Source of the DNA: Chiloscyllium plagiosum
Taxonomy: Eukaryota
DNA length: 64,000 nt
Assembly: GCF_004010195.1 (NCBI RefSeq)
Contig: NC_057719.1
Coordinates: forward strand, 15,456,589 to 15,520,588
Direction of reading: 5' to 3'
Part shown: in pieces, positions 1-10,566 of the stretch
Layout of the letters: each line of letters opens with the position of its first letter
Numbering within the stretch: position 1 is the first letter of the stretch
Notes under the pieces: model-generated
Told to the model about the DNA's origin: nothing
Databases searched by the model: none
The model's input: the letters and a program-made list of their open reading frames with translations, nothing else
Translations under genes and position numbers: made by a program

Positions 1-1700
1 AGTCTATTTTTGTCAGTTCCTCTCTCATGCCCTCATAATTACCTTTATTAAACTGTAACACCCTTACATCCGATTTTGCCTTCTCTCTTTCACACTGCAG
101 ACTGAACTCTACCATATTATGATCGCTGTTTCCTAAGTGTTCCCTTACTTTAAGATTTTTTATGAAGTCTGGTTCATTACATAGCACTAGGTCCAGAATA
201 GCCTGCTCCGTTGTGGGCTCCATGACAAGCTGTTCCAAAAAGCCATCCTGTAAGCATTCCATGAATTCCCTTTCTTTGGATCCACTGGCAACATTATTTA
301 CCCAGTCCACCTGCATATTGAAGTCTCCCATGATCACTATGACCTTGCCTTTCTGACATGCCTTCTCTATTTCCCGGTACATGTTGCGCCCCTGGTCCTG
401 ACCGCTGTTAGGAGGTCTGCACATAACTCCCACTATGGTTTTTTTGCCTTTGTGGTTCCTTAATTCCACCCACACAGACTCCACATCATCTGACACTATG
501 TCATTCAGCAACATAGATTTAATTTTGTTCTTAACTAACAAGGCAATCCCGCCCCCTCTGCCCACCTCCCTGTCTTTTCGATAAGTTGAAAACCCTTGTA
601 TGTTTAACTGCCAGTCCTGACTCCCCTGTAACCACGTCTCTGTGATGCCTACCACATCATAATCATTCACGATGATCTGTGCCATTAGTTCGTCTGCTTT
701 GTTATGAATGCCACAAGCATTCAGGTAAAGTGCCTTAATGTTAACTTTCTTATCATTAGAGATATTGGAAGTCATAAGGTGTCCTAAGTTATCCTTCCTT
801 TTTGCTGCATTCCCAGTCTGTCTCAAGTTTAAATCTGCCTGCACATATGCTATCCTGCCGCTTATCTTTCCATTTAACTCCATGCTCCCTGTCGCTTTCA
901 CTTTCCCTTCCCCCCCAACTCAGAAGTTTAAAGTCCTACTGACCACCTGATTTATCCTCTTCGCTAGAACATTGGTACCTGATCGGTTCAGGTGGAGACC
1001 TTCCCAACGGTACAGATCCCCCCCGGTTCCAAAACTGATGCCAATGCCCCATGAAGTGGAATCCCTCTTTCCGACACCAATCCCTTAGCCACGTGTTGAC
1101 TTCCCTAATTTTCTTATCCCTATGCCAATTGACACGTGGCTCGGGCAGTAATCCAGAGATTATGACCCTTGAGGACCTGTACTTCAATTTCCTTCCTAGT
1201 GCTCGATAATCCTCAAACAGATCCTCCACCCTAGCTTTGCCTATGTTGTTAGTCCCAACGTGGACCACAACAACTGGATCCTCCCCCTCCCACGCCAATA
1301 TCCTTTCAAGCCGGTCAGAGATGTCCCGAACCCTGGCACCGGGTAGGCAACACACCATGCGAGATTCCCGATCCGNNNNNNNNNNNNNNNNNNNNNNNNN
1401 NNNNNNNNNNNNNNNNNNNNNNNNNNNNNNNNNNNNNNNNNNNNNNNNNNNNNNNNNNNNNNNNNNNNNNNNNNNNNNNNNNNNNNNNNNNNNNNNNNNN
1501 NNNNNNNNNNNNNNNNNTCTGATCTGGAGTTCTTCCAGCAACCAACACTTGCTGCAGATGTGGTCACTGCCGTTCACAATGGGATCAGCCAGCTCCCACA
1601 TCATACAGCTACAGCACACCACCTGACCAGCCATCTCTGCTTAGAAAATGACTTTATTACTTTGTACAGGTTTGAGTTAAAATACTTCCTGATACCTCTC
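1..1700 (-). mobile_element. CR1-clade LINE, 5' part: ORF1 (Cys-rich finger + SGNH esterase-like) and start of ORF2 (AP endonuclease), running off the window edge
   Basis: ORF 936-1634 gives CCSCMMWE..HICSKC, VCCLPGARVRD, VVVHVGTNNIG. The minus strand from ~750 to 1 reads open as ALYLNACGIHNK..GITETW..GGGIALLVK..GDFN..LDLVL..GNSDHNMVEF. Confidence 0.92.
1376..1517. other. Assembly gap (142 N)
   Basis: Run of N. Confidence 1.
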
Positions 1701-1799
1701 TGCTATAGTCTTTTTTTTTAAAAAAAACAATTAATAGATTAACAGTACTTAGTAAGGCGGTTAGAGGAGGATTCAGATCATTCTGTACTCACAAAATGT

Positions 1800-3635
1800 C
1801 TAGAAATAGAAGCAGGAGCAGACAAAGCCTGCTCTGCCATTCAGTATAATCAAGGTTAGGCATGGACTTCATCTCGACTTTTCTGCTTCCACTTTTATCC
1901 CTTGATTTCTTAAGAGACAAAAAGTTTGTCTGGCCCAACCTAAAATGCACTCTCAACAGCTGGGGGAGAGTTTTCCCAGGTTTTACTACCCTTTGAATGA
2001 AGTAATATCTTCTCACTTTAGTCCTAAATGATCAACCCCTAATCCTGAGACTACGTTCCTATGTTTCCTAACCAGTGAAAACAATCTTTTAGTGTCTACT
2101 CTGTCAAGCTCCTTCAGAATCTTGAATGTTTCAATGAGATTATTTCTCATTCTTCTAAACTTAAGTATTGGCCCAAGGGATGCATTGGTTGTAATTGGTT
2201 CTAATCCGGATTAGAAAACTGCTAATGTGACATCTACATTCAAAAAGGGGAAAGAGGCCAAAAAATGGCTAACTGTAGGACAATTAGCATACCATCTGCT
2301 TTGGAAAAATATTGGAATGAATTATTAAGGAAGTAATCCAGAACAGTTGCAAAATCAGAGTCGAATCAAAAAGAGACAGCATAACTTCATGAAACCTCAG
2401 ATATGTCTGACTAATTTATTTGAGTTTTTGAGGAAGTCTTAGCCAGCGTGGATAGAGGGAAACTAATAGATGTGTTGTAATTGGACTTCCAGAAGGTGTT
2501 CAACAAGGTACCTCACAAAAAAGTTTAAGTCATAAGAGCCCCCGGTGTTAGAGGTAATATATTGATATGGAAAGCAAATTGCCTAATGGCAGGAAACATG
2601 AGTGAGGATAAAGGGTTCTTTTTCAGGTTGGTAACCAATCATTAGTGGGGCTCTCTGCTGCGACCACAATTATTTACAATATATAGAATGACTTGGAGAA
2701 AGATGTGAAAATACTTAGCCAAATTTGCATACAGCACAAAAATAGATGGAAAAGCAGGTTGTGAGAGGGATACAAGCAGTTTACAGAGAGATATTGAGAG
2801 CTTAAGTAAGTGGACAAAAAGTTAACGAATCAAATATAATATGAGAAAATGTAAAGTTAACTGTTGGGCAAATGCCCCCAATCTCTCTGAGCATTAACAC
2901 TTAAAAGTTTCTTTTAATTACACGTTCCCACATGATATATTTCATATACTTAGCCTGTCTGTGGCTCTTTGTAATCTTTGTGTCCATCCTAAAGTTTGCC
3001 TTTCCACCTCATTTTGCATCATCCACAAATTTAATCCACTCTCTATCTTTTGATTTTGGAAGGAAGAACAAAAGAACAGAATTTTATTTAATCGGAGAGA
3101 AACTGCAGGCAACTGCGACAGAATGGGACTTGTGGATACTTTTACATGTAACACTAGCGCACACTTACAGCAGGAAGGCTAATTGGATGTTGGCTCTCAT
3201 TTCAAAGGGGGTTGAAAGAATAGGGATATCTAAAGAAACAGTACAAGGTGTGGAGAGACCGTATCTGGAATACTATAAGCAGTTTTGATTCCCTTATTTA
3301 AGGAAAGATATAATTTAATTGGAGGCAGTTCAGAGGTTTACTAGGATGATCTGTAATATGGATGGATTGTCTTATGAGCAAAGCCAAAACAGTTTTGAGA
3401 CTGAGATGAGAAGTAATTACTTCTTGGAGAGTTGAGGGTCTTTGGAACTCCTTGCCATATCGACCTGTGTGGCAGAGTACTCATGTATATTTAAGGCTGA
3501 GATAGATTCTAGATCAGTCATGAAATCACGTGTCATGGAAATTACAGGAAAGTGGAATGTCGGACCAGCCATAATTCTACTGAACGGTGAAGTAGATTTG
3601 AAGGGCCGAGCAGCCGATTCCTGTTCCTGTTTATG
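1800..3635. mobile_element. Degenerate CR1 LINE fragments in both orientations (- ~1800-2170, + ~2170-2860, - ~2860-3040, + ~3050-3635)
   Basis: Decayed RT/3' motifs such as gctaatgtgacatctacattcaaaaagggg, ttggacttccagaagg, agaccgtatctggaatact and CR1-type 3' tails. Confidence 0.75.
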
Positions 3636-3637
3636 AT

Positions 3638-3985
3638 GGGCATGTGGCCTTGTGGTATCACTGGACTATTAATCCAGAGTTTGGGTTATGTTCTGGGACA
3701 CAGGTTTGATTTCCACCATAGCAAGTTGTGGAATATGAATTCAATAAAAATTCAGCATGGAGTCTAATGATCATTGTCAAACTGTTATCACTTGTCAGAA
3801 AAATCCATCTGGTTCACTAATGTCCTTTTGCAAGGGAAACTGCTATTCTTACCCAGTTTGGCCTACATGTGACTCCAGATCCTCAGCAATGTGGCTGACT
3901 CCTAACTGCCCTCTAGGCAATTAGGGATGGAAAATAAATGCTGGCCTAGATAGCGACACCCACATCCAATGAATTTTTTTTTTAC
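3638..3985 (+). mobile_element. tRNA-derived SINE sharing its 3' tail with the adjacent LINE family
   Basis: tRNA-like head (gtggtatcactggactattaatccagag..ggtttgatttccacc). Tail ggcaattagggatggaaaataaatgctggcc resembles the LINE tails at ~4787-4857 and ~51484-51555. Confidence 0.7.
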
Positions 3986-4184
3986 TACTTGGCCTCCCAT
4001 CTAAGGTCAACCCCATCATCCCAGGGAGAAATGTAAATCTATACTTCCTTAGATATGAAGACTGAAGCTGCACTCATTCCTCCAGATGGGATCTCACCAA
4101 AGCCCTTGTTCAATTATAGAAAGACTCCTTGAATTTCCAAACTTCTGGCAAACACAGCATTTCCCTTTCTAATATTTGTGCCCT

Positions 4185-4860
4185 ACAAGTGACAGGCAAT
4201 ATCCATCTTCAATGAGAAAGAATCTGATGTTTTCCCTTTGACATTCATTGGCATTGCCACGGCTAATGCTCCGGTGAATACAACTTGGAGACTACTGTTG
4301 ACCAGAAGCTGAACTGGATCAGTCATATAAATATTGTGGATACAAGAGCAGATCAAAGGCTGGAAATTCTTTGGCAAGTAACTCATCTGATGAGCCAAAG
4401 TCAGTTCACCATCTACAAGGCACAACTGAGGAGTGTGATGAAATATTTTCCACTTTCACAGCTGAGTGCACTTCCAAAGACATTTGAAGTCCAACAGTAT
4501 CAAGGACAATATCTGTGTGCTTGACTGACACCCCATCAGCCACTGCATTCACTGCTTCTGCTAACAGTGTAAAATGGTAGGAATGTGTTCCATAAGCATA
4601 TATGTTGTGCTGCGGCTTATCCTCAAGATTACTTCAACAGCATCTTCCAAACCCTCAACATAAACTGACTATAAGGACTGTTGCTGGAGCAAGAATCTGT
4701 AGCTTCCTCTATAACAACCCCGTGAGTGTACCTACACCATGTGGACTGCAGCATTTTAAGAAGGTAGCTCACCACTACATTCTCCAGGGCAATCAGGGAT
4801 GGGAAATGAGTGCTGCCCAGCCAGCAGTGGCTGAATTGCATGAAATAGTAAAAAAAAGTG
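4185..4860 (+). mobile_element. LINE 3' fragment (CR1/L2 group)
   Basis: TVDQKLNWISHI..TIYKAQLRSVMKY RT C-terminal remnant followed by an A-rich tail. Confidence 0.75.
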
Positions 4861-5644
4861 TGCAATGTCTGCATATTAACTGTCTGCATTCTATGGGTAA
4901 GTGCTTCTACATCTCTCTGCACGTCAATACTTAAAATTTCACATTTTCAAAAATAATTAATTTTTTCTGGTCTTATCACTAAGGTAAATTATTTCACTCT
5001 CCCTCACAATATGATCCTTTAGCAGTTTTGTTGCCCACTCACGTAACTTGTCTTATGGCTCTTTGTGTCTTTCCTACAGTTCGCCATTCCATGGTATAAT
5101 TTGTATCATCATCAACTTTGATAGCGTAGTCTCGCTCTCTTAATTGAAGTCATTAGTAAAGGTTGTAAAAAGCCAAAGCCCAGCATTGATCCTGTGACAC
5201 TCGGCTGGTCAGTTAGTTTATTTTACGATTTTTATTTCCAGTTTCATGATACTTCTATTTCAAATTAAGCTGTTCAGAGATTTTATTGTAGCTGGGACTT
5301 GAACCTGGATCTCCCAGTCCAGGGGTAGGGTCATATCCAGTGTGCCACAAGAGCATCATATATTGTCAGTATATTTTTGCACAGATGATAATCAAAATGA
5401 TATTAAATCTAGATATGGTCTTACCATTCCATAAACTTGTGCCTTTAAGTTTTGTAAATTCTGAGTACTTGATTGTTCAGCATTGAAGTTTTCTTTATCA
5501 TGCCCCGACTTTGGTGAGAAGAATCATTTTGCTTTTCACAAAATTGCTTCATTATCTGAATTGCACACCTGTGTTTGTAATCATTTATCTTGATTAATAA
5601 TCTGATATCAGTATTAGTGAAATATCTCTTACCAAACATTTTAG

Positions 5645-5790
5645 GGGAAAGACGAGGATACTCTGACGAACGGATTCCACCTTCGGCCCCACATCCATCA
5701 CATCCTCCTCCACGTGTTGAAAAGAAACCAGAAAGTAAAAATGTTGATGATATTCTAAAAATGCCTGGCAGGCAGAGCCGGCCTGACAGG
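5645..5790 (+). CDS. YLPM1: YLPM1 coding exon A (first visible; gene starts upstream of the window)
   Basis: ttttAG acceptor, GTGAGT donor at 5791. Encodes (G)ERRGYSDERIPPSAPHPSHPPPRVEKKPESKNVDDILKMPGRQSRPDR, matching recalled vertebrate YLPM1 RVEKKPESKNVDDILKPPGRESRPER. Confidence 0.93.
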
Positions 5791-5839
5791 GTGAGTTACG
5801 TTTTTTGCCTTATGACTTCTGCTGGCTTATCTTTCCATT

Positions 5840-6257
5840 TGTTTGATTTCTTCTTTGAAGAGGTAGCTAAGGCAGTGGATCAGGGTAGTGCTGTGGATGT
5901 TGTACATTTGAGTTTGGAAAAGCATTTAATATAGTGCCTCATGCTAGGTTAGTTAGCAAATTTACAAACGCTTGTGATTGATGGGGCTTGGCAACATTGA
6001 TTAGAATTGGCGAACAGATAGGACACAAAGGGTAAGTATAGATGTGCATTTCTCAGACTGGAAACAAAGCAAAAGTGGCGTTCCATCAGTGTGACACTTG
6101 TTTTGTCTGATTGACATAAATGACTTGGAGATGATTCAGGGCAAAATCTCTAAAGTTGCAGATAATACTAAGGTAGGGAGAATAGTGACTGCAGAGGGAC
6201 ATTGACAAGTTAGCCAAATAGACATCTGACAGATGAATTTCAATAGAGAAAAATATG
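5840..6257 (+). mobile_element. Old CR1 RT fragment
   Basis: FFEEVAKAVDQGSAVDVVHL and aagttgcagataatactaag (decayed KFADDTK). Confidence 0.7.
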
Positions 6258-6414
6258 AGTGTGGGATTGTGTTCAAATAATGATCGAAATCGGTGAGTGG
6301 CAAAAGTAGCCTCTATATTCAGAAACTGCAAATAGCAGTTTTGCGGTTTCTGAATAAAGAGGCGACTTTTGCCATTCACCAATTTCTATCGTTATTTGAA
6401 CACAATCCCACACT
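6258..6414. repeat. Long imperfect palindrome (~75-bp arms, short loop), possible MITE or fold-back
   Basis: agtgtgggattgtgttcaaataatgatcgaaatcggtgagtggcaaaagtagcctctatattcagaaactgcaaa is mirrored by tttgcggtttctgaataaagaggcgacttttgccattcaccaatttctatcgttatttgaacacaatcccacact. Confidence 0.9.
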
Positions 6415-6426
6415 TTCATTTCTCTG

Positions 6427-6975
6427 CTATTTACAACTCCTTCCTCTAACCTATCTTTTACTTTTTTATCTATAAATACTAGTCTGATAAAACCCCTAAT
6501 TAAGATTTACTGAAAAATTCAAATTTCAAAACCAGCCAGTTGTCAAATCTTCTCTTTGCAGATTTGCACTCCTGGTCAGTGTTGTTGCTTTTCTCTATGC
6601 AACGCCTTCTCGAGGCAGGTATCTCTCAGACAGTTCTGACTAGCAGTCTACGTCTGTTGGTCTTTTGGCACTTCTCCCCCCCCCAACTGTTCAATTTTTC
6701 CCAGTCTTACAGCCCCAAAGCATCAGATTGTGTCATTAGCTTTTAATATTGTCAATATACTAAATTCAGACTTGATTGGAGTTTGTTTTTTTTTGGCGGT
6801 GCAAGTTAAACCGATTGTCTTCATTCAAATTTGTTTTTGTCTCCAGACAACCAGCAACTCTGGCTTCTGGACCAAAAGGTTACATTGTATCTTGTTCAGA
6901 ACACTTGGTGCTGCCGCGGTAGTTCTGCTAGCTTTTAATTTTTTTAAAGGTACAATACACCACATCTTCATAACA
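6427..6975 (-). repeat. 3' LTR, truncated (distal ~160 bp missing)
   Basis: Similarity to ~10730-11272 begins at ctatttac (6427), just after the palindrome. Confidence 0.88.
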
Positions 6976-6988
6976 CCTCCGCCCTTAA
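6976..6988 (-). promoter_or_regulatory. Polypurine tract
   Basis: Minus strand AAGGGCGGAGG directly abuts the TG of the 3' LTR. Confidence 0.75.
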
Positions 6989-7148
6989 GAAAAAATGAAC
7001 CATCATAATGAAAAGGTGGCTTTTTTATTCTATTCTTTAAACACATTACCCTAATGTACCGATAATCTAAGCTCACCGTAACTTCTTTTCCTTATCACAA
7101 TATATCAAAAAAATTAAATAAGTACAACTCTCATCCAAACTTTATCAG

Positions 7149-8160
7149 TTAAATCCGCGATAATGCATCTGTGATTACCTTCTTACAGCCTGCAACATGT
7201 ACAATTTTTAAATTAGAAGTCTGCAACATAAGACTCCAATGAAATAGTCTCATATTCTTGTCTTTAAAGCGTTCTAAGAATGTACATGGATCATGATCCA
7301 TGTACACAACCGTCTCCGACACATTGTTCGTGACATAAACATTAAAATGTTGTAAGGCCAGTACCAAACTCAATAATTCTTTTTTGATCGTGGAGTATTT
7401 CCTCTGGTGGATGTTGAACTTCTTCGAAAAGTAACCAACTGGCCATTCAATCCCATTCTCATCTTCCTGTAGGAGTACAGATCCAATTCCTACGTCACTA
7501 GCATCGATGGCGACTTTAGAAGGTTTTGAAAAGTTTGGTGTAGCTAAAACTAGTTTGGTGGTTAATATTGATTTCAAATGGTTGAATACATCCTAGCAAT
7601 GTTCTGTCCACCGAAACTGTTTTTCTTCAGCAAACCGTTAATGGTGCCACTACTTTGCTGATGTTTGGAACAAACTTCCAAATGAATCCGCTGAGTCCTA
7701 AGAATCAAAGCAGCTCTTTCTTCGAGGTTGGTCATGGAAATTCCTCGTTGGCCTTCACCTTTGCATTCCGTGTGGTCAAGCTTCCATGACTGATGTTATG
7801 TCCCAAGAACGTCAGCTTTGCTATTGCGAATTCAGTTTTGTTTAAGTTTATCACCAGTTTTGCTTCTCGTATCATTCAAAGAGCTCTGCCGAATGTACCA
7901 TGTGATCGTTCCAGGACTTAGTAAAGTTCACTACATCGACCAAATAGACTGCACAGTTTGTTAACCCAACCACAACTCTGTTCGTGAGTCTTTTGAATGT
8001 GGCAGATGCATTCTTCAATCCAAAAGGCATTACTTTAAATTGATATCGCACATTTGGGGTTACAAATGCAGAAATTTCTTTCGCCATCTCTGATAAAGGT
8101 ACCTGCCAGTAACCACGCATTAAGTCCAATTTGGTGATGTAACTGGCTTGTCTTTCTCGA
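7149..8160 (-). pseudogene. Gypsy RT + RNase H remnant (stops and frameshifts; YLDD mutated to YLVD)
   Basis: ORFs 7872-8180 and 7149-7577. Confidence 0.9.
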
Positions 8161-8167
8161 TACAGTC

Positions 8168-8335
8168 CTGAAAAATTCAAATTTCAAAACCAGCCAGCTG
8201 TTAAATCTTCTCATTGCAGATTTGCTGTCCCGGTCATTGCCGGTGTTTCTATCTGTGCAACTCCTTCTCTAGTCAGGTACCTCTCAGACAGTTCTGGCTA
8301 GAAGTCTATACCTGTTGATCTTTTGGCAGTCCTCC
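8168..8335 (-). repeat. Internal fragment of the element's own LTR
   Basis: aaaaattcaaatttcaaaaccagccagctgttaa..ggtacctctcagacagttctggctag..gatcttttggcagt matches ~10815-10980 and ~6510-6675. Confidence 0.9.
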
Positions 8336-8414
8336 ATAACAAGGGGAGTCACTCCAATCTTGGACCCTGCCAAATCATTCCAAAGAACAAACTGAATTCC
8401 TGGAACTGACACTG

Positions 8415-8472
8415 TGTCGATCACTCCCACTGTAACTTCCCCTCTGTCGATCACTCCCACTGTAACTTCCCC
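8415..8472. repeat. 30-bp-period tandem duplication in the protease region
   Basis: tgtcgatcactcccactgtaacttcccc at 8415 and 8445 (GEVTVGVID twice). Confidence 0.95.
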
Positions 8473-8803
8473 AGTCGTGAATTGGCACTCCAACCTGATC
8501 TTATATAGGGGAACCCTAAATTTCTGTTATCTATCCCACAAATTACCACACTCTCGGTTAACAGATCAGAAAGAGTGCATATTTCCTCATCTCTTACTAT
8601 CAGCGACCGGTGAGATTCTCTATCTCTCAAAATTATAACTTCTTGTCGTTATCTCCCTGTTCTTCCTGAGTAAACTTTATCCAAACAGGTCAATTCTTTG
8701 TCGAGATCAGGTATTAACTCTGTACCCAGCCTCTGCCTAGGCCGTGCACTCTCCTGCATCTCCTCTGTTCTTCTTGGGGTCTCCTTTACTACCTTCACTA
8801 ATG

Positions 8804-9004
8804 CGGAGAAAGTGAGAACTGCAGATGCTGGAGATCAGAGCTGAAAAATGTGTTGCTGGAAAAGTGCAGCAGGTCAGGCAGCATCCAAGGAGCAGGAGAA
8901 TCGATGTTTCGGGCATTCCTGAAGAAGGGCTTATGCCTGAAACGTCGATTCCCTCCTTGGATGCTGCCTGACCTGCTGCGCTTTTCCAGCAACACATTTT
9001 TCAG
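8804..9004. mobile_element. Penelope-like (pseudo-LTR-derived) short insertion with inverted structure and ~15-bp TSD
   Basis: TSD ctaccttcactaatg at 8789-8803 and 9005-9019. An antisense copy then a sense copy of the repeat seen 3' of the GIY-YIG remnant at 48.6-49.0 kb. Confidence 0.85.
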
Positions 9005-9759
9005 CTACCTTCACTAATGTCACTGGCTTAGCTTTTTTTACTGCATCTTTTCCCATGGTGCCTTTCTTTAACAACCAGCGCTATGACTTTTTGCCCCACT
9101 TTATCACAGTGGAAACACGTGAAGCCTTTCACTTCCTTTCCACCCTCTTGGGCTTCTTTTTTATCCTATGCTCTCTACGTTTGGTTTCGTAGTGTAGCAT
9201 CTCCCAACTTCTATCCCTCACAGGACGAAATTCTGGCCAGAAGCTGTCTCATGCACCACATGTACTCATCTGCTAATTCTGCTGCCCCTCTCACTTCCTG
9301 AACTTTCTGTTCCTCCACTTAAATTCTTGCCATCTCTGGAAGTGAGTTTTTAAACTCCTTCAGCAGAATAATCTCTCGTAGAGCCTCAAAGGGTTCTATC
9401 TATTTTCAAAGCATGCATCCATCTCTCAAAATGACTATGTTTAATTCTTTTGAATCCAGCATAAGTCTGACCTGGTTCTTTGTGATTCTGAGCCGCTGTC
9501 TGTATGCTTCTGGTGCCAATTTATAAGCACTTAAAACAGCCTGTTTAACTTCTTCATAATCTCTTGACACCTCATCTGAGAGTGTGGTAAATACTTCACT
9601 CGCTCTGCCTACTAGTTTAGTCTGAAATAGCATTACCCCTAAATCCTCGGACCACTCCATCTGCCTAGCCAATTTTTCAAATTAAATAAAGAAGGCTTCA
9701 ACCTCTTTCTCATCAAAATGTGACAGAGTTTTGACATATTTGTGTATATCACTATCTTC

Positions 9760-9881
9760 CTGAAGAAGGGCTTCTGCCCGCAACGTCGATTCTCCTGTTC
9801 CCTGGATGCTGCCTGACCTGCGCTTTTCCAGCAACACATTTTCAGCTCTGATCTCCAGCATCTGCAGTCCTCACTTTCTCC
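9760..9881 (+). mobile_element. 122-bp Penelope-like 3' end insertion with 15-bp TSD
   Basis: TSD tatatcactatcttc at 9745-9759 and 9882-9896; same repeat family as 8804-9004. Confidence 0.87.
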
Positions 9882-9985
9882 TATATCACTATCTTCTCTT
9901 TTAATCTCCATCCTGTTAACTTGACTTTGCTGACTAAGTCGCAACTTCTCAAATTCAAACTCTCTTTTTGCTCAGGTAAGTACCA

Positions 9986-10047
9986 TCTCTCTCTCTCTCT
10001 CCTTTCTCTCTCTCTGTCTCTCTCCTCTCTTTTTCTTTCTCTCTCCT
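9986..10047. repeat. (CT)n-rich tract (E/R-rich Gag segment on the minus strand)
   Basis: tctctctctctctct...ctctctcctcc. Confidence 0.8.
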
Positions 10048-10546
10048 CCTTGCTTACTTCTCTTTTTGTTTATCAACTAAGTCCATTTTCCTCAATTGTA
10101 ATTTAAGTGTTTCTACCTCTAATGCACTTGTCTGTGTCTCTGATGCACCTCAGTGTTTGAGTTACTCCCTTACAATTTCAGCTTTACTTTTGTCTTTGGT
10201 TAAACTCAAATCTTTCTTAATTGCTAATTCTAAAGGCATGGCTTTTTTCTTTCCTTCTAAAAATTCTTGGCAAATTTGAGGATCATCTTCAAATCCCAGA
10301 ACCCTTTTAGCAATTTTAAGAACAATTTCTCTCACTTTTAATTTAATCAGCCACCAGTCACCGAAATTAAACAAATTGTCTCGCCTGCGTTTTATTTAAA
10401 GAATTGGGACACTAACCTGCAAGTGTTTAAATCTGCTGGTGTTTTTTGTATACCCAAATCTATTCAAATCTGTCTAAACCAGTTCAAATCACAAATCCAG
10501 GACCCAAACTGTTCAAATCGCAGACAAAAGCCCCCAAACCATTCAA

Positions 10547-10564
10547 AGCCTGGATGAGCCCCCA
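10547..10564 (-). promoter_or_regulatory. Primer binding site complementary to tRNA-Pro
   Basis: Minus strand TGGGGGCTCATCCAGGCT, 2 nt from the LTR; 15/18 match to the tRNA-Pro PBS TGGGGGCTCGTCCGGGAT. Confidence 0.85.
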
Positions 10565-10566
10565 AT

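Larger units (their letters stand above)
9020..10330 (-). pseudogene. Gag remnant with SCAN-like capsid domain and zinc knuckle
   Basis: LVGRASEVFTTLSDEVSRDYEEVKQAVLSAYKLAPEAYRQRLR; LREIILLKEFKNSLPEMARI*VEEQKVQEVRGAAELADEY (~9260-9380); CFHCDKVG (~9095-9117). Confidence 0.82.

Noticed and set aside
936..1634. 232-aa ORF as a complete protein
   Set aside because: It spans a 142-N gap, so frame continuity is assumed. The homologous segment in the 47.3-48.0 kb copy looks closer to 400 nt, and the C-terminus is frameshifted.
5590..5934. 114-aa ORF as a standalone gene
   Set aside because: It is YLPM1 exon A plus intron read-through into a CR1 fragment.
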